Of a stretch of DNA of 64,000 nt, positions 50,905 to 61,552 are shown in pieces. Source of the DNA: an uncultured virus (IMG/VR IMGVR_UViG_3300020207_000005) (lineage: Duplodnaviria > Heunggongvirae > Uroviricota > Caudoviricetes); the IMG/VR virus record IMGVR_UViG_3300020207_000005. The stretch is one strand, 5' to 3'. Below the pieces are notes generated by a model. It did no database searches, was not told the origin of the DNA, and saw only the letters and a program-made list of their open reading frames with translations. The position numbers and the translations under genes were made by a program. Within the stretch, counting starts at the first letter, position 1, and each line of letters starts with the position of its first letter.

Positions 50905-51330
50905 TTAAACAACGTCATCTTCTTCAGATTGACCTAATGTGAATGATAATGTAGCATGACATGCTAAGTCAGTGTCTGCTATAATTTCTAATGTATCACC
51001 ACTCTTTAAAAACTGGCCATTCAGAGGAATTGCTGTTGTCTGATAACCGCCTATAGGCATGTTTCTCAATATGTAAAATTCTGCGTTAACGTCATCACGG
51101 TGTGTTCTGACATCAATGTTCACAGTGTTTGCGATTGTATTACACAAAATCAATGGTGAAATAACTTCACCAACGCCCGGCTCAATAGTTGTTGAACCAC
51201 CAAATACTAGTTCAGGAACCTCGTATTGAGGTACTTCAATAAGAACTTGCCAGTTAGTGGATACAACCTTATTGACGGCAACTGGTTTAGCGTCAGGTGC
51301 CTGAGAAGTTGTAATTGTTGTTATAGACAT
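50905..51330 (-). CDS. Hypothetical structural-region protein
   Basis: 141 aa; ends FLKSGDTLEI; lies between two giant structural genes. Confidence 0.7.
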   Translation of the reverse strand: MSITTITTSQAPDAKPVAVNKVVSTNWQVLIEVPQYEVPELVFGGSTTIEPGVGEVISPLILCNTIANTVNIDVRTHRDDVNAEFYILRNMPIGGYQTTAIPLNGQFLKSGDTLEIIADTDLACHATLSFTLGQSEEDDVV

Positions 51331-51346
51331 TTTTCTTTATCCTATT

Positions 51347-54300
51347 TTATAATGCTGCTCTACTGTTTGAAGCTCTTCTTGCGAGTTTTCTTACAGATGA
51401 TGTAAATGGTCGACCTTCGATTCGACCTGTTCTACCATTAATTCTTAGACCTCTTGCGAAGTATTGGTTATTCAATTCATCCGCACCCGACCATCTGATT
51501 CTACCACCATCTTCACTTAGTACCGAAGCCACCGCTGATATAGCAGAACCTAAGTTTCTAAAGTTTAGAGGTAGAGCATTTCTGTTAACACCTGCTGATG
51601 CACCATTAAACTGGTGAGCAATGGATTCAACCAAGGAACCAAATACTAATGTTTCTGGTCTTAGAATATTATCTTTCAGACAGTCATTAAATAAACCTTC
51701 AACCATTAAGTCGTGTTGTGAGTTAGGTGATAGATTATTAACAATATAATCTCTCATTCTATCCCAAGCACCAGTAAAGGCGTCAAGTAATGATGTGTCG
51801 TTAGTCTGGTCTAATACCCAAGTTGTTCCGTTCCAATAATATATATCTCCCGCAAAATGACTTACTGCATAGTTATCTGCAACAATATATGCGTGATTTG
51901 GTTTCTGTCCTGTGATAGCAGCTAGGTCAGATAGCTGTGATACACTTCCTTGGTATTTGTATGCTGTATTAGATGGATTAAATACTGGGAATGTATGCTG
52001 ACCTTTCTGGTCGAAGAATGCTGCGGTAAATGACCTTGTAGATTTCTGAGACCCTGCCACGTTCCCGTACACTGGTACGCCCGCGGAAGCATCTTCATAT
52101 CTAAAGTCATTTGTAATTGCTTCTAATAAGTTGTAACCATCTCTTCTTGTTAAGTTAATGTCAATGTAATCATAAGTTGTATTAACAAATCTTACGACAT
52201 CAAATGCAAGGTCGAGTTTATTCTGTTCGAGGATGAACTGAGCACTTGTAAATGTATCATCAACATATGTATAATCTGGTTCTTCCTTAGCAGGTAAGTA
52301 CTTAGTATCTTTAAAGAATTGTGTCTTGTAGAACATGTCTGCAAGTCCTTTAACTTTCTTAGACTCTACATCAGTACCAACTTCTCCAAGAACTGTTTGA
52401 TTTGGATATTTACCAAGTACGATATCTTTACATATTACACCAAGTTGCTTATAAGCTTTTGCTGTTGGAATACGTTGGTCTTCAGGAACTCTAAACTGAT
52501 TATTCCAGAAGTAGAAATCTGCATTCCATCTTGATGCGATGTTACCACCATAGTTCAAGTCATAACTGAATGCATCGAGTAAGTATCCAATATCTCTTCT
52601 ACACTTAGCTCTGTTATAATCAAGTACATCAAACTCTTGTCTAATGTAGTAGATTAATTCATCAGCAAGTGATTCAGTATTATCTTCAATCTGTTGAGCT
52701 GCACCTTGAATACCTGTGTCAACCCATGCAATTGTAGGTTCAACAGGAAGTGGTAATGAATCTAAGTTGTCAGCACGTATTGCGTCTTCAACGATTCCTA
52801 TTAAGTCACTAACCCTTCCACCTTCAATCGCTGTTGCAGGTGTTCCAAGTAAATCTTGAGTTGTCGATGTGTATGTTGTATTAGCAACACTGTTATCTTC
52901 TTGTACGACAGCATCAAGAACTGTTCCTAAGTAATTGTATATGTCTGCAGTTTGAGTTCTTGTGTCTGCAGGTAATACGCTGATACCATTTTCAAAATAA
53001 ATCTTAGTTGCTGTTAGTGTAGCGATGTTTCCATCATACTGAACATCATGAGAGATAGCGTCTAGTAAGTATCCAATATCTCTTCTACACTTAGCTTCTG
53101 GGAAACTCAATCCATTATGAACATTTGAAATGTAATTCAGAACAGAAGTTGCTAAACCAGTACTTGCATCTTCGATTAATTCTTTCGAATCAATGAAAGG
53201 TTGTGCCTGCCATGTTTGTAGTGGGTCTACTCTATTCGGGAAGTCTACATAAGAACCCTTATCGACTACATTAGAAATAATATTGACTAGGTTTTTAGCT
53301 CTAATTGCAATCTCTGGGTCACCAGCAATTTGTGACATATCTTGCTTGTAGATTTGGTTTTCAATGTGGAGAATAGCGTTAGGTAAAGCACTTACAAATG
53401 TATGAGCACCAGCGTATCCTTTGGCATATCCAGCATTTACTGTAAATGTCTGGTTAGTTACCGCGGTAATTCTTAAAGGTTGTCTATGATTTGGGTCAAT
53501 ATCTGGTCTTGGATGTGATATTTCAACACTACCACCACAACTAAATGTTATACCCTCATCTTCAACGATGACGTAATCGTCTGTTGTTAATCCGTGTGGA
53601 GCTTTTGTTGTTACAACCATGATTCCAGTTACTGGGTCATAAGTTGCTGTTTGAACTCCGAATGTTTGTTTAATCCAACGTGATTGGTCTACTTCCATTC
53701 TTCTAACAACATGTTCTACAACATTAGCGACATGAGTAAATGCTTCTTTACTTGCAGCTCTTTGTTCTTTAGGCAAGGTATTTACTGCATTATCAAAGTA
53801 GAGATATGCGTTATTTAATGTAGCTGCATTACCACCGTATTGAATGTCATGTGATACTCCGTCAAGGATATATCCAACATCTCTTCTACATTTTGCTTCG
53901 CTGTATGGAAGAATGTCAAAGTATCTTGCAAGATAAGCAAGGATTCCGTCTTGAATTGCTTCTTTACTTGCGTCTAATTCTACGTAAGATGCGAGTTCAT
54001 CAGTGTAGAATGTTGTATTTGGTTCTTCAACATCTGGGTTAACTTCTAATCCGTTATCAGAAATTGCTGTTGCAACCAATCCAAATAGACCTTCAATCTT
54101 ATCTGCAAGTGGTGTACCTACTGACCCAGCTGAGAAGTTCTGTGATTCCGCATTTCCTGTTGTTGGAGTAACTGCGGTGTCGAGTACAACACTTCTTGCA
54201 ACAGTACCTATATGATTAAAGGCTGCCGCTGTAGGTGCTCTCTGGTCTTCTGGTAAAACACTGATTGCATTTTCGAAGTAAAGTTTTGTATCATTAATTG

Positions 54301-57300
54301 AAGCACTATTACCACCATGCATTGCATCAAAGATAACAGCATCAATTAAGTATCCTAAATCTCTTTCACACTTAGCTGAATCATAAACTAGTGAACCATA
54401 ATTCTGTGCAATCCAAGCTGTGATTTCAGCTTGTAAGAATGCTTTGTTATTAAGTAATTGTTCTCTTGCATTAATACCGTTATTACCCGCTTGAGAAACA
54501 CTACCATAAGTGATTGCATCAGCATTAGTAGAACCATTCTTCATGATGTCAAGGATTTCATTAAATGCTGTCATTGCTCTTTGTTTTCCAACGCTAGATG
54601 TTACGTTGTTAACTGCAATGTCTCTTGTGTATTCAATTGCTTTAATTGTTTCTGAAAGTTGTTCTGTAATAACCGCATCAGCACCAGTTGTTCCAATTCT
54701 ATATGCTAATCCATTGAACACTGCGTTAAAGTTAGAGTTTGTAAGTACATCACGTTTAACCGCATCAATAAGAATTCCAACATCACGCTTACACTTATCT
54801 CCATCGAATGTGTAGTAATCTTTCTTCAACTTAGCAATGACGTCTTCAGCAATAAAGTCTTTGTTTCTTTGTATTTGAACACGTGCTGCTGTTCTGTTTG
54901 AATCAACTGTTGGACTCACTAGTGTAGTTGTTAAGTTCTCATCTGAATCATCATCAACTACATTAGCAACAATTTCAATCAGGTCGTGAATTGCTGTACC
55001 AGTTGCTGCATCAGCCGGAGTACCTGAAGTATCTTGTGAAGGTACATTGTTTGCTGAAGGTGTAATCGCAATTTCTTGTACTACATTACTTGCAACATCT
55101 GCTAAATGTCTAAATGCTTCCATTGTTGGAATGCGTTGTTCAATAGGTAATATGTTTGTTAGTGTACGTAAACCTGAAACGTTTGCTGTCTTGTATTCTT
55201 CGGCAGTATCTTTAAACTGACCAAGTACTTCGAGAGGTAATACGTTAACACTTCTTAATTGTTCGTAATCTGCTGATTGTTCATCGTCAAGTCTAAAGTA
55301 GTATTTAGCAGCTTCGATAACATTTGCATTACCACCATAGATAATGTCTTTAGAAGCAGCATCAACAATAAGACCAACGTCTCTTCTACACTTAGCTTTT
55401 TCGTATGGTAAACCTTTCCATTCTCTTTGTACATATCCGATAACATCGATTGAAAGAGGTTCTGTTTGACCATCAATCTTATTAACAGCATCTTCATAAG
55501 TTGCTTCAATTGTTGGTTCAATATATTCAGGTAACCAATCAAGTGATTCGTTTCTTATTGTATCTGTAACGATATTCACTAAGTCTTTAACATCATTTGC
55601 AATGGCGATTCCAACATCAGTTAATGATTGGTCTTGAGAAGCAGCGTTTCCAGATGTAGGTGTGACTGCTTGGTCTCTTACAACTTGATATGCTACATCA
55701 GCAATATGTTGCCATGCTTTCGCTGTTGGTATCTTTTGGTCACCAGGTAGAACTGCAATCGCATTTTCAAAGTATAATCTTGCAAAGTTGATAGAAGCCG
55801 AGTTAGAACCGTGTTGAATATCCCAAGATAATGCATCAACTAGATAACCTGTATCTCTTTCACAATCAGCAACATCGTAATTTAAGTTAGGGAATTCTTG
55901 AGCAATATAAGCTGTAATTTCAGCTTGGATAAATGCTCTGTTATTTTGTAATGCATTCCTTGCTTCGATTGTTTGAGCACTTACACCATTAGCACCAAAT
56001 GCTAGTGTGTTTGCATTTGCAGAACCGTTAGTGATAATGTCTATAATTTCGTCAAATGCTGCGTTTGCTCTTGCTAATGAGTTACCAGAAAGTTCAGCTG
56101 CAATTTCTGATTTAAGATAATTGATTGAACCAGTTGTTTGTGGTAATTGGTCATTAATAACTTTGTTAGCACCGACAGTACCGATTCTGTATCCTAATCC
56201 ATTGAATACCGCATTATAGTTTGCACCTGTTGCAACGTCACGTCTTACAGCATCTAAAATAAATCCTGTATCTCTTGAACATTTAGCACCATCGAATACA
56301 AAGTAATTATTATCAAGATAAGCCATTACTTCATCTTGAATCATATTACGGTTAGCTTGTAATTGTTGAGCGGCATAGAATCCGTCTGAATTTGTTGTAA
56401 CCTTAGCAACCGCTTCGTTTGAAACTCTTACAAATGTATGTGTACCACCTGAACCTGCTCCAACATCGACAGTAATATCATCACCATTCACTGCAGTAAT
56501 TTGCATTGGTGTATTGAAGTTACCATCTCCTTTTCTTGGATATGAATGTTCAGTAGCATCTCCATCTTGAGAACATGTAAATGTGAAACTGTAAGGTGCG
56601 AATTCGATAAAGTCATCAACTAATAAGTCGTGGCCTGGAATTGTAACTACACTTTCACCAGTTCCTGGGTTGTATGTTGCAGTTGTTGGTGTATAATATT
56701 TTAAGTACTTAGATGGGTCAGTCCAAATAATTGGGTCACCCTCGATAGCACCAACGTCAGCTCTAACGAATGTATGAGCACCACCAGAACCTACACCAAC
56801 ATTCATTGTGATTGTTGTCGCAGTTACTCCTGTTAATTTAACTGGAGTTTTATATGCAGGGTGGTGAGTTGCTGGATAAGCATGCTCAACTGTATTTGAA
56901 TCTTGTGCACATGTAAATACGATACTTTCAGGTTTCAACTCAACATAATCACCTACTTCAAATGAGTGATTACCTATTGTTGCTTCAAATACTCCAGTTG
57001 CTGGGTCGTATGTAGCAGTTGAAGGTGTGAAAGATGAAATGTAATCAGATGCTTTAACACTGTTAGCAGTTGCTGATACAAATGTATGTGCTGTACCATT
57101 TTCGTATCCACCAACATTTACTTCAATCGTTGTTGATGTTACTTTGTTAATTAATACTGGTGTTCTGTAAGCAGGGTCACCTTTTCTTGGGTAAGAATGT
57201 TGTGTTGCATTACCGTCTAATGCGCATGTAAATGTAACACTCTCATCGTCAAGTACGATGTTTTGACCAGGTTCGAAATCATGAGCACCAATTGATAATA

Positions 57301-60300
57301 CTAATTTACCAGATGTTGGGTCATAAGTTGTTCCTGCTGCAGGTGTATATGATTTACCATTACTGTTTGTAATATCAATTAATTGTCTGAATGATTCATT
57401 TGACCTATGAATACTTCCAAGGTCTGTGATTGTGTTGTTAGCAACTAATTGCTTCAACTCTGTCATTGAACCAACGGTTTCTGGTCTTTCATTTAACCAA
57501 GTATCTTCTGCAGAAGTTTTAGACCTGTATGCTATACCTGCTTGTTTAGCATTATAGTTTGAACCTGTAATAATATCTCTTTCAACTGCAGGTAAGATGT
57601 GTTTAAGAACATCTCTCTCACATTTTTCTGAATCATATCTAAAGTAGTTATAATCAATATAACCAAGCATTAAGTCTTGAATAAATTCTTTGTTTTCTTG
57701 TAATTGAATTCTAGCATTACGCTTACTTGCTGTGATTGATGTATCATCAGAGAAGTAAATCTTAGAATTCGCTAAAATAACTGAGTTAACATCAGCTGAT
57801 ACGAATGTATGTGGTGCAACATAAGCTGAAGGACCAACTAACACTGTAATCGAATTAGATGTGACAGAGTCAATCTCTACTGGTGTTTTGTATGTTGGGT
57901 CATGTGGTCTTGGGTGTGATAATTGTGTAACTGTACCATCACCTTCACATGAGAATGTTATACTCTCTGGTTTGAAGAATACTCTATCACCTTTGGATAG
58001 ACCATGCTTACTTCCAAGAGTTAACGTCATATAACCAGTTGCTGCATCATATGTTCCGCCTGTCGGTGTCCATGTGTATGTAGTAGCTGCTTGGATTGCG
58101 TCCTTATATGCACTTACGAATGTATGTACTTTATTGACACCTGCCGGTTTTGCATCAACCGTTATAGTTGTTTGTGTTATCGATACAATATCAAATTTCT
58201 GATTCCACAATGGGTCACTTGGACGTGGATGTGAAATATTGATTGGATTTCCTGTTCCATCTTCTGGACATGAGAATGTCATTCCATTCTCTTTAATAAA
58301 GATACCATCTCCAACTTTAAATGCATGGTCACCTATGGTAACTTCCATTAAACCACTTACGTGGTCATAAGAAGCATCTGTAGGTGTATAAGAAGCAGGT
58401 TCAGGTAATAACTTAATTCCATTACCTTCTAATTGACCGATGATTTCGTCAAATGCTTCATCAGCTCTTACGTGACCAATTTCTGTATTTGCATCGATGA
58501 GTTCGTTTGTTTTATCTTTAAGATGACGATATGCTGCAATTGTTTCATTACGTTGTTTATCAACTACTTTAGCAGCTGCATTCATGTAATAAGCATTACC
58601 CGCAGTTACTGCATTATAGTTTGTTCCCAATAACATATCATACTTAACAGCTGGAAGAATATAATCAGTTGTATCTCTTCTACATGCTACACTATCATAA
58701 GAGAAGAACTCATCATTATTATCAATCCAATCTGTTAATTCATCTTGAATAAATGACCTGTTGTCTTGTATTAACTCTCTAGCTGCTGTTCTTTCAGGAT
58801 TATAAATGTCGTCAACCCATGTAATTGGGTTCATGTTTTCTTCACCATATTGAAGAACATTAAAGAGTTCTTGCATTGAAGTATTTGCTCTATTAATAAT
58901 ATTTGTTGAGCCTTCGAAAATACCTTCAATCTGGTCTTGTAAATATTCGTTTGCTGCGACTGTTTGTTCTAATTGGTCACCTACAACTTTTTGTGAGATA
59001 GGTGAACGATATGTAATACCAGCTAATCTACCCCAGTAGTTAGAATCTAATGCAACGTCATAACCTAATCCATCAACAATAATTCTTGTATCTCTTTCAC
59101 ATTTACCAGCATCGTATCCTGTGTAATTTAATCCACCGTTCGCTGTATTTGATGTGAGATAGTCAACCATATCATCGACGATATCGTCATAAGCATTCTC
59201 AATAGTGTCAGCAAATACTGTGTTACCGAATATAGTTGCATTGGTTGCTTTAGGTGCGAAGAACTGAGTTGTACCCTTAGCTCTCATTGAGATGTCACCG
59301 AACTGAGTACCTGAGTTGTTCAATGTCATTTGTCCACCGTTCAATGCGTAGAATGCGCATCGTACGAAGATGGATAGAGAACCGATACCGTTTACACCAG
59401 CACCATCCCTAGCAACATAACCCATACCGTTTTGAGAACGAGGTGTGAAACCGAAACATAATACGTAAGTATATAATGAATCTGGGTCTAATACTCTTCT
59501 ATCTGCAAGTAGACATCCACCACCTCTTCCAACTAATCTGTTAGGGAAGTCGTCGATACCAATTACGTCGATTGTAGCAGTACCACCAGATTCAGATGTA
59601 ATAGTATCCCCAACCGCAAAACCTTTGTTGTTCTTTAAGTTTCTTACGTGAATCTTATTATCAGAAGCAAGTTCAGAAACGTAAGATACGAAACCAACTG
59701 CACCAGATGAGAATGTAATCTCATCATCAACCGCAAATCCAGAAACACTTGAAACATTACTTAATGTAAACTCTCTACCTAAGTCGTCAAGTGTACCTTT
59801 GGTGTTATATGGGTTTAGAGGTGGTTCAACATCTACCCTGTTAAAGTTAGATAATTGAGAACTGTCTCTGATGTATGGTGAACGGAGTAACTTAGCACCA
59901 GGTCTGTAAGCAATAGCGAATCCACCTTCTGGGAAATCGAAGTTGTCAATCTTCCAGTTTTGATAACCGAAACCTTGAACATAGTTACCTGAACCTACTA
60001 ACCAACAGTTATTATTTTCATAACCTGGAAGTGCTTCAATAACCGTAGCATACTGACCTGCAGTAGAAGTTACTGAACAGTCATCAGGAATTGCAAGTTC
60101 ACCTTTTGTATAATAAGCACCTGGGCCAACTGACATATGAACTGCGTTGTTCAATGCGTTTCTGTCAAAAGAACCACCCGCTTTTTCTAACATAAGTTCA
60201 CAACCACGTTCAAGAGTTCTAACAGGTGCTAATTGAGTACCCGGATTTTTATCGTCTCCTGAAGCTGCGTCAACGTGAACTTTAAGTGCTTGAGCTGTTC

Positions 60301-61513
60301 TTGCAGAAACTTCGTCAAATAATTGACCAAAGTTAATTTGTTCTGTTTCACCAGTTTGTTCATTTCGAATTGCGAAATAACTTTCATCATCAATAGGTGG
60401 TTCGAACTCTTTGGTAAGTTCCATGTCAAAGTCGACAAGTTTTGATTGGTCAATGACTCCACCTGAGAATGTTGAAGAAGAAACTGTACCATTTTCGAAT
60501 GTAGAATTATTAGCACCTAATCCATCAGCAGATGAACTTGTGATTGTCATATTGACTGCTGTTACATCACTCATTGTACCTGTAAATGAGGTATTAGCGA
60601 TGGTGCTATCTTGAATTAAAGAATCGTCAATGGTTGAATTTGTTAATGTGACATTATTTCCTGTGCCATCATTAAACTGTGAATTTGTTATAACAACATT
60701 ATTAGATGTACCATCATTGAATTCTGATGTTACGATAACCGTGTTACTAATATTGCCTTCATAGAAATTAGAAGTTTGAATATTAGTTGTACTAATTTCA
60801 GAATTCGATAATGTTATATCGACACCAGTAACAGTGTCCATTGTTCCTGAGTTAAACTCAGAACTTGTAATCGTTAAGTTGTTAGCTGTTGAATCTGTGA
60901 TATCTGATGTTGTAATATCTGAATTAGATATGTCTAAATTAACACCAGTAACTGTATCCATTGTACCATTATTAAACTCGGATGTTTCAATAACAGAGTT
61001 ATTAACATCACCGTTAATAAATGTGGAATTATCAATGGTTGAATTTGTAAGTACTACATTATTACCAGTACCTTCATTGAACTGAGAATTTGTGATAACG
61101 ACATTGTTTGCAGTACCATCTGAGAAATCAGAATCGGTAATTGTCATTGTATTCGCTACAGTTGCGAATATTGTACCTAATTGGAAAGTTGAATATGATT
61201 GTGTGATGTTATTAGCAGTACTGTCTGTAATTGCTGTATCATCAATAGAACCACGAACAAAATCAGTATCTTCAATGTTTGAGTTGTCGATGATTACATT
61301 ATCAAGTCTAGAGTCTGACATGACAACACCGGAGATAGTACCTCCAGTGATTGTGATTCTTGAGAAAATCTCGTATTGAATAGCTTCGACTAATTCTTTA
61401 CGAGTAATATTCTTGGTACCATCGTCACCTTGAACAAGGTTGACAATAACAAACAGGTCTTCCGACCTGGTATTAGCACCTGTAATTGAACCTAGTTCTG
61501 AAATTTTTGACAT
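51347..61513 (-). CDS. Giant multidomain putative virion protein (N-terminal S/T/N beta-solenoid, pectin-lyase-like region, 11 C-x-R-D helical repeats, 6 His/Cys beta repeats)
   Basis: 3388-aa open frame; late promoter at 61538; repeats visible in the translation. Confidence 0.85.
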   Translation of the reverse strand: MSKISELGSITGANTRSEDLFVIVNLVQGDDGTKNITRKELVEAIQYEIFSRITITGGTISGVVMSDSRLDNVIIDNSNIEDTDFVRGSIDDTAITDSTANNITQSYSTFQLGTIFATVANTMTITDSDFSDGTANNVVITNSQFNEGTGNNVVLTNSTIDNSTFINGDVNNSVIETSEFNNGTMDTVTGVNLDISNSDITTSDITDSTANNLTITSSEFNSGTMDTVTGVDITLSNSEISTTNIQTSNFYEGNISNTVIVTSEFNDGTSNNVVITNSQFNDGTGNNVTLTNSTIDDSLIQDSTIANTSFTGTMSDVTAVNMTITSSSADGLGANNSTFENGTVSSSTFSGGVIDQSKLVDFDMELTKEFEPPIDDESYFAIRNEQTGETEQINFGQLFDEVSARTAQALKVHVDAASGDDKNPGTQLAPVRTLERGCELMLEKAGGSFDRNALNNAVHMSVGPGAYYTKGELAIPDDCSVTSTAGQYATVIEALPGYENNNCWLVGSGNYVQGFGYQNWKIDNFDFPEGGFAIAYRPGAKLLRSPYIRDSSQLSNFNRVDVEPPLNPYNTKGTLDDLGREFTLSNVSSVSGFAVDDEITFSSGAVGFVSYVSELASDNKIHVRNLKNNKGFAVGDTITSESGGTATIDVIGIDDFPNRLVGRGGGCLLADRRVLDPDSLYTYVLCFGFTPRSQNGMGYVARDGAGVNGIGSLSIFVRCAFYALNGGQMTLNNSGTQFGDISMRAKGTTQFFAPKATNATIFGNTVFADTIENAYDDIVDDMVDYLTSNTANGGLNYTGYDAGKCERDTRIIVDGLGYDVALDSNYWGRLAGITYRSPISQKVVGDQLEQTVAANEYLQDQIEGIFEGSTNIINRANTSMQELFNVLQYGEENMNPITWVDDIYNPERTAARELIQDNRSFIQDELTDWIDNNDEFFSYDSVACRRDTTDYILPAVKYDMLLGTNYNAVTAGNAYYMNAAAKVVDKQRNETIAAYRHLKDKTNELIDANTEIGHVRADEAFDEIIGQLEGNGIKLLPEPASYTPTDASYDHVSGLMEVTIGDHAFKVGDGIFIKENGMTFSCPEDGTGNPINISHPRPSDPLWNQKFDIVSITQTTITVDAKPAGVNKVHTFVSAYKDAIQAATTYTWTPTGGTYDAATGYMTLTLGSKHGLSKGDRVFFKPESITFSCEGDGTVTQLSHPRPHDPTYKTPVEIDSVTSNSITVLVGPSAYVAPHTFVSADVNSVILANSKIYFSDDTSITASKRNARIQLQENKEFIQDLMLGYIDYNYFRYDSEKCERDVLKHILPAVERDIITGSNYNAKQAGIAYRSKTSAEDTWLNERPETVGSMTELKQLVANNTITDLGSIHRSNESFRQLIDITNSNGKSYTPAAGTTYDPTSGKLVLSIGAHDFEPGQNIVLDDESVTFTCALDGNATQHSYPRKGDPAYRTPVLINKVTSTTIEVNVGGYENGTAHTFVSATANSVKASDYISSFTPSTATYDPATGVFEATIGNHSFEVGDYVELKPESIVFTCAQDSNTVEHAYPATHHPAYKTPVKLTGVTATTITMNVGVGSGGAHTFVRADVGAIEGDPIIWTDPSKYLKYYTPTTATYNPGTGESVVTIPGHDLLVDDFIEFAPYSFTFTCSQDGDATEHSYPRKGDGNFNTPMQITAVNGDDITVDVGAGSGGTHTFVRVSNEAVAKVTTNSDGFYAAQQLQANRNMIQDEVMAYLDNNYFVFDGAKCSRDTGFILDAVRRDVATGANYNAVFNGLGYRIGTVGANKVINDQLPQTTGSINYLKSEIAAELSGNSLARANAAFDEIIDIITNGSANANTLAFGANGVSAQTIEARNALQNNRAFIQAEITAYIAQEFPNLNYDVADCERDTGYLVDALSWDIQHGSNSASINFARLYFENAIAVLPGDQKIPTAKAWQHIADVAYQVVRDQAVTPTSGNAASQDQSLTDVGIAIANDVKDLVNIVTDTIRNESLDWLPEYIEPTIEATYEDAVNKIDGQTEPLSIDVIGYVQREWKGLPYEKAKCRRDVGLIVDAASKDIIYGGNANVIEAAKYYFRLDDEQSADYEQLRSVNVLPLEVLGQFKDTAEEYKTANVSGLRTLTNILPIEQRIPTMEAFRHLADVASNVVQEIAITPSANNVPSQDTSGTPADAATGTAIHDLIEIVANVVDDDSDENLTTTLVSPTVDSNRTAARVQIQRNKDFIAEDVIAKLKKDYYTFDGDKCKRDVGILIDAVKRDVLTNSNFNAVFNGLAYRIGTTGADAVITEQLSETIKAIEYTRDIAVNNVTSSVGKQRAMTAFNEILDIMKNGSTNADAITYGSVSQAGNNGINAREQLLNNKAFLQAEITAWIAQNYGSLVYDSAKCERDLGYLIDAVIFDAMHGGNSASINDTKLYFENAISVLPEDQRAPTAAAFNHIGTVARSVVLDTAVTPTTGNAESQNFSAGSVGTPLADKIEGLFGLVATAISDNGLEVNPDVEEPNTTFYTDELASYVELDASKEAIQDGILAYLARYFDILPYSEAKCRRDVGYILDGVSHDIQYGGNAATLNNAYLYFDNAVNTLPKEQRAASKEAFTHVANVVEHVVRRMEVDQSRWIKQTFGVQTATYDPVTGIMVVTTKAPHGLTTDDYVIVEDEGITFSCGGSVEISHPRPDIDPNHRQPLRITAVTNQTFTVNAGYAKGYAGAHTFVSALPNAILHIENQIYKQDMSQIAGDPEIAIRAKNLVNIISNVVDKGSYVDFPNRVDPLQTWQAQPFIDSKELIEDASTGLATSVLNYISNVHNGLSFPEAKCRRDIGYLLDAISHDVQYDGNIATLTATKIYFENGISVLPADTRTQTADIYNYLGTVLDAVVQEDNSVANTTYTSTTQDLLGTPATAIEGGRVSDLIGIVEDAIRADNLDSLPLPVEPTIAWVDTGIQGAAQQIEDNTESLADELIYYIRQEFDVLDYNRAKCRRDIGYLLDAFSYDLNYGGNIASRWNADFYFWNNQFRVPEDQRIPTAKAYKQLGVICKDIVLGKYPNQTVLGEVGTDVESKKVKGLADMFYKTQFFKDTKYLPAKEEPDYTYVDDTFTSAQFILEQNKLDLAFDVVRFVNTTYDYIDINLTRRDGYNLLEAITNDFRYEDASAGVPVYGNVAGSQKSTRSFTAAFFDQKGQHTFPVFNPSNTAYKYQGSVSQLSDLAAITGQKPNHAYIVADNYAVSHFAGDIYYWNGTTWVLDQTNDTSLLDAFTGAWDRMRDYIVNNLSPNSQHDLMVEGLFNDCLKDNILRPETLVFGSLVESIAHQFNGASAGVNRNALPLNFRNLGSAISAVASVLSEDGGRIRWSGADELNNQYFARGLRINGRTGRIEGRPFTSSVRKLARRASNSRAAL

Positions 61514-61552
61514 TGATTAGTCTTCCCTTTTTCTTTTTATTTATAAGACCAA

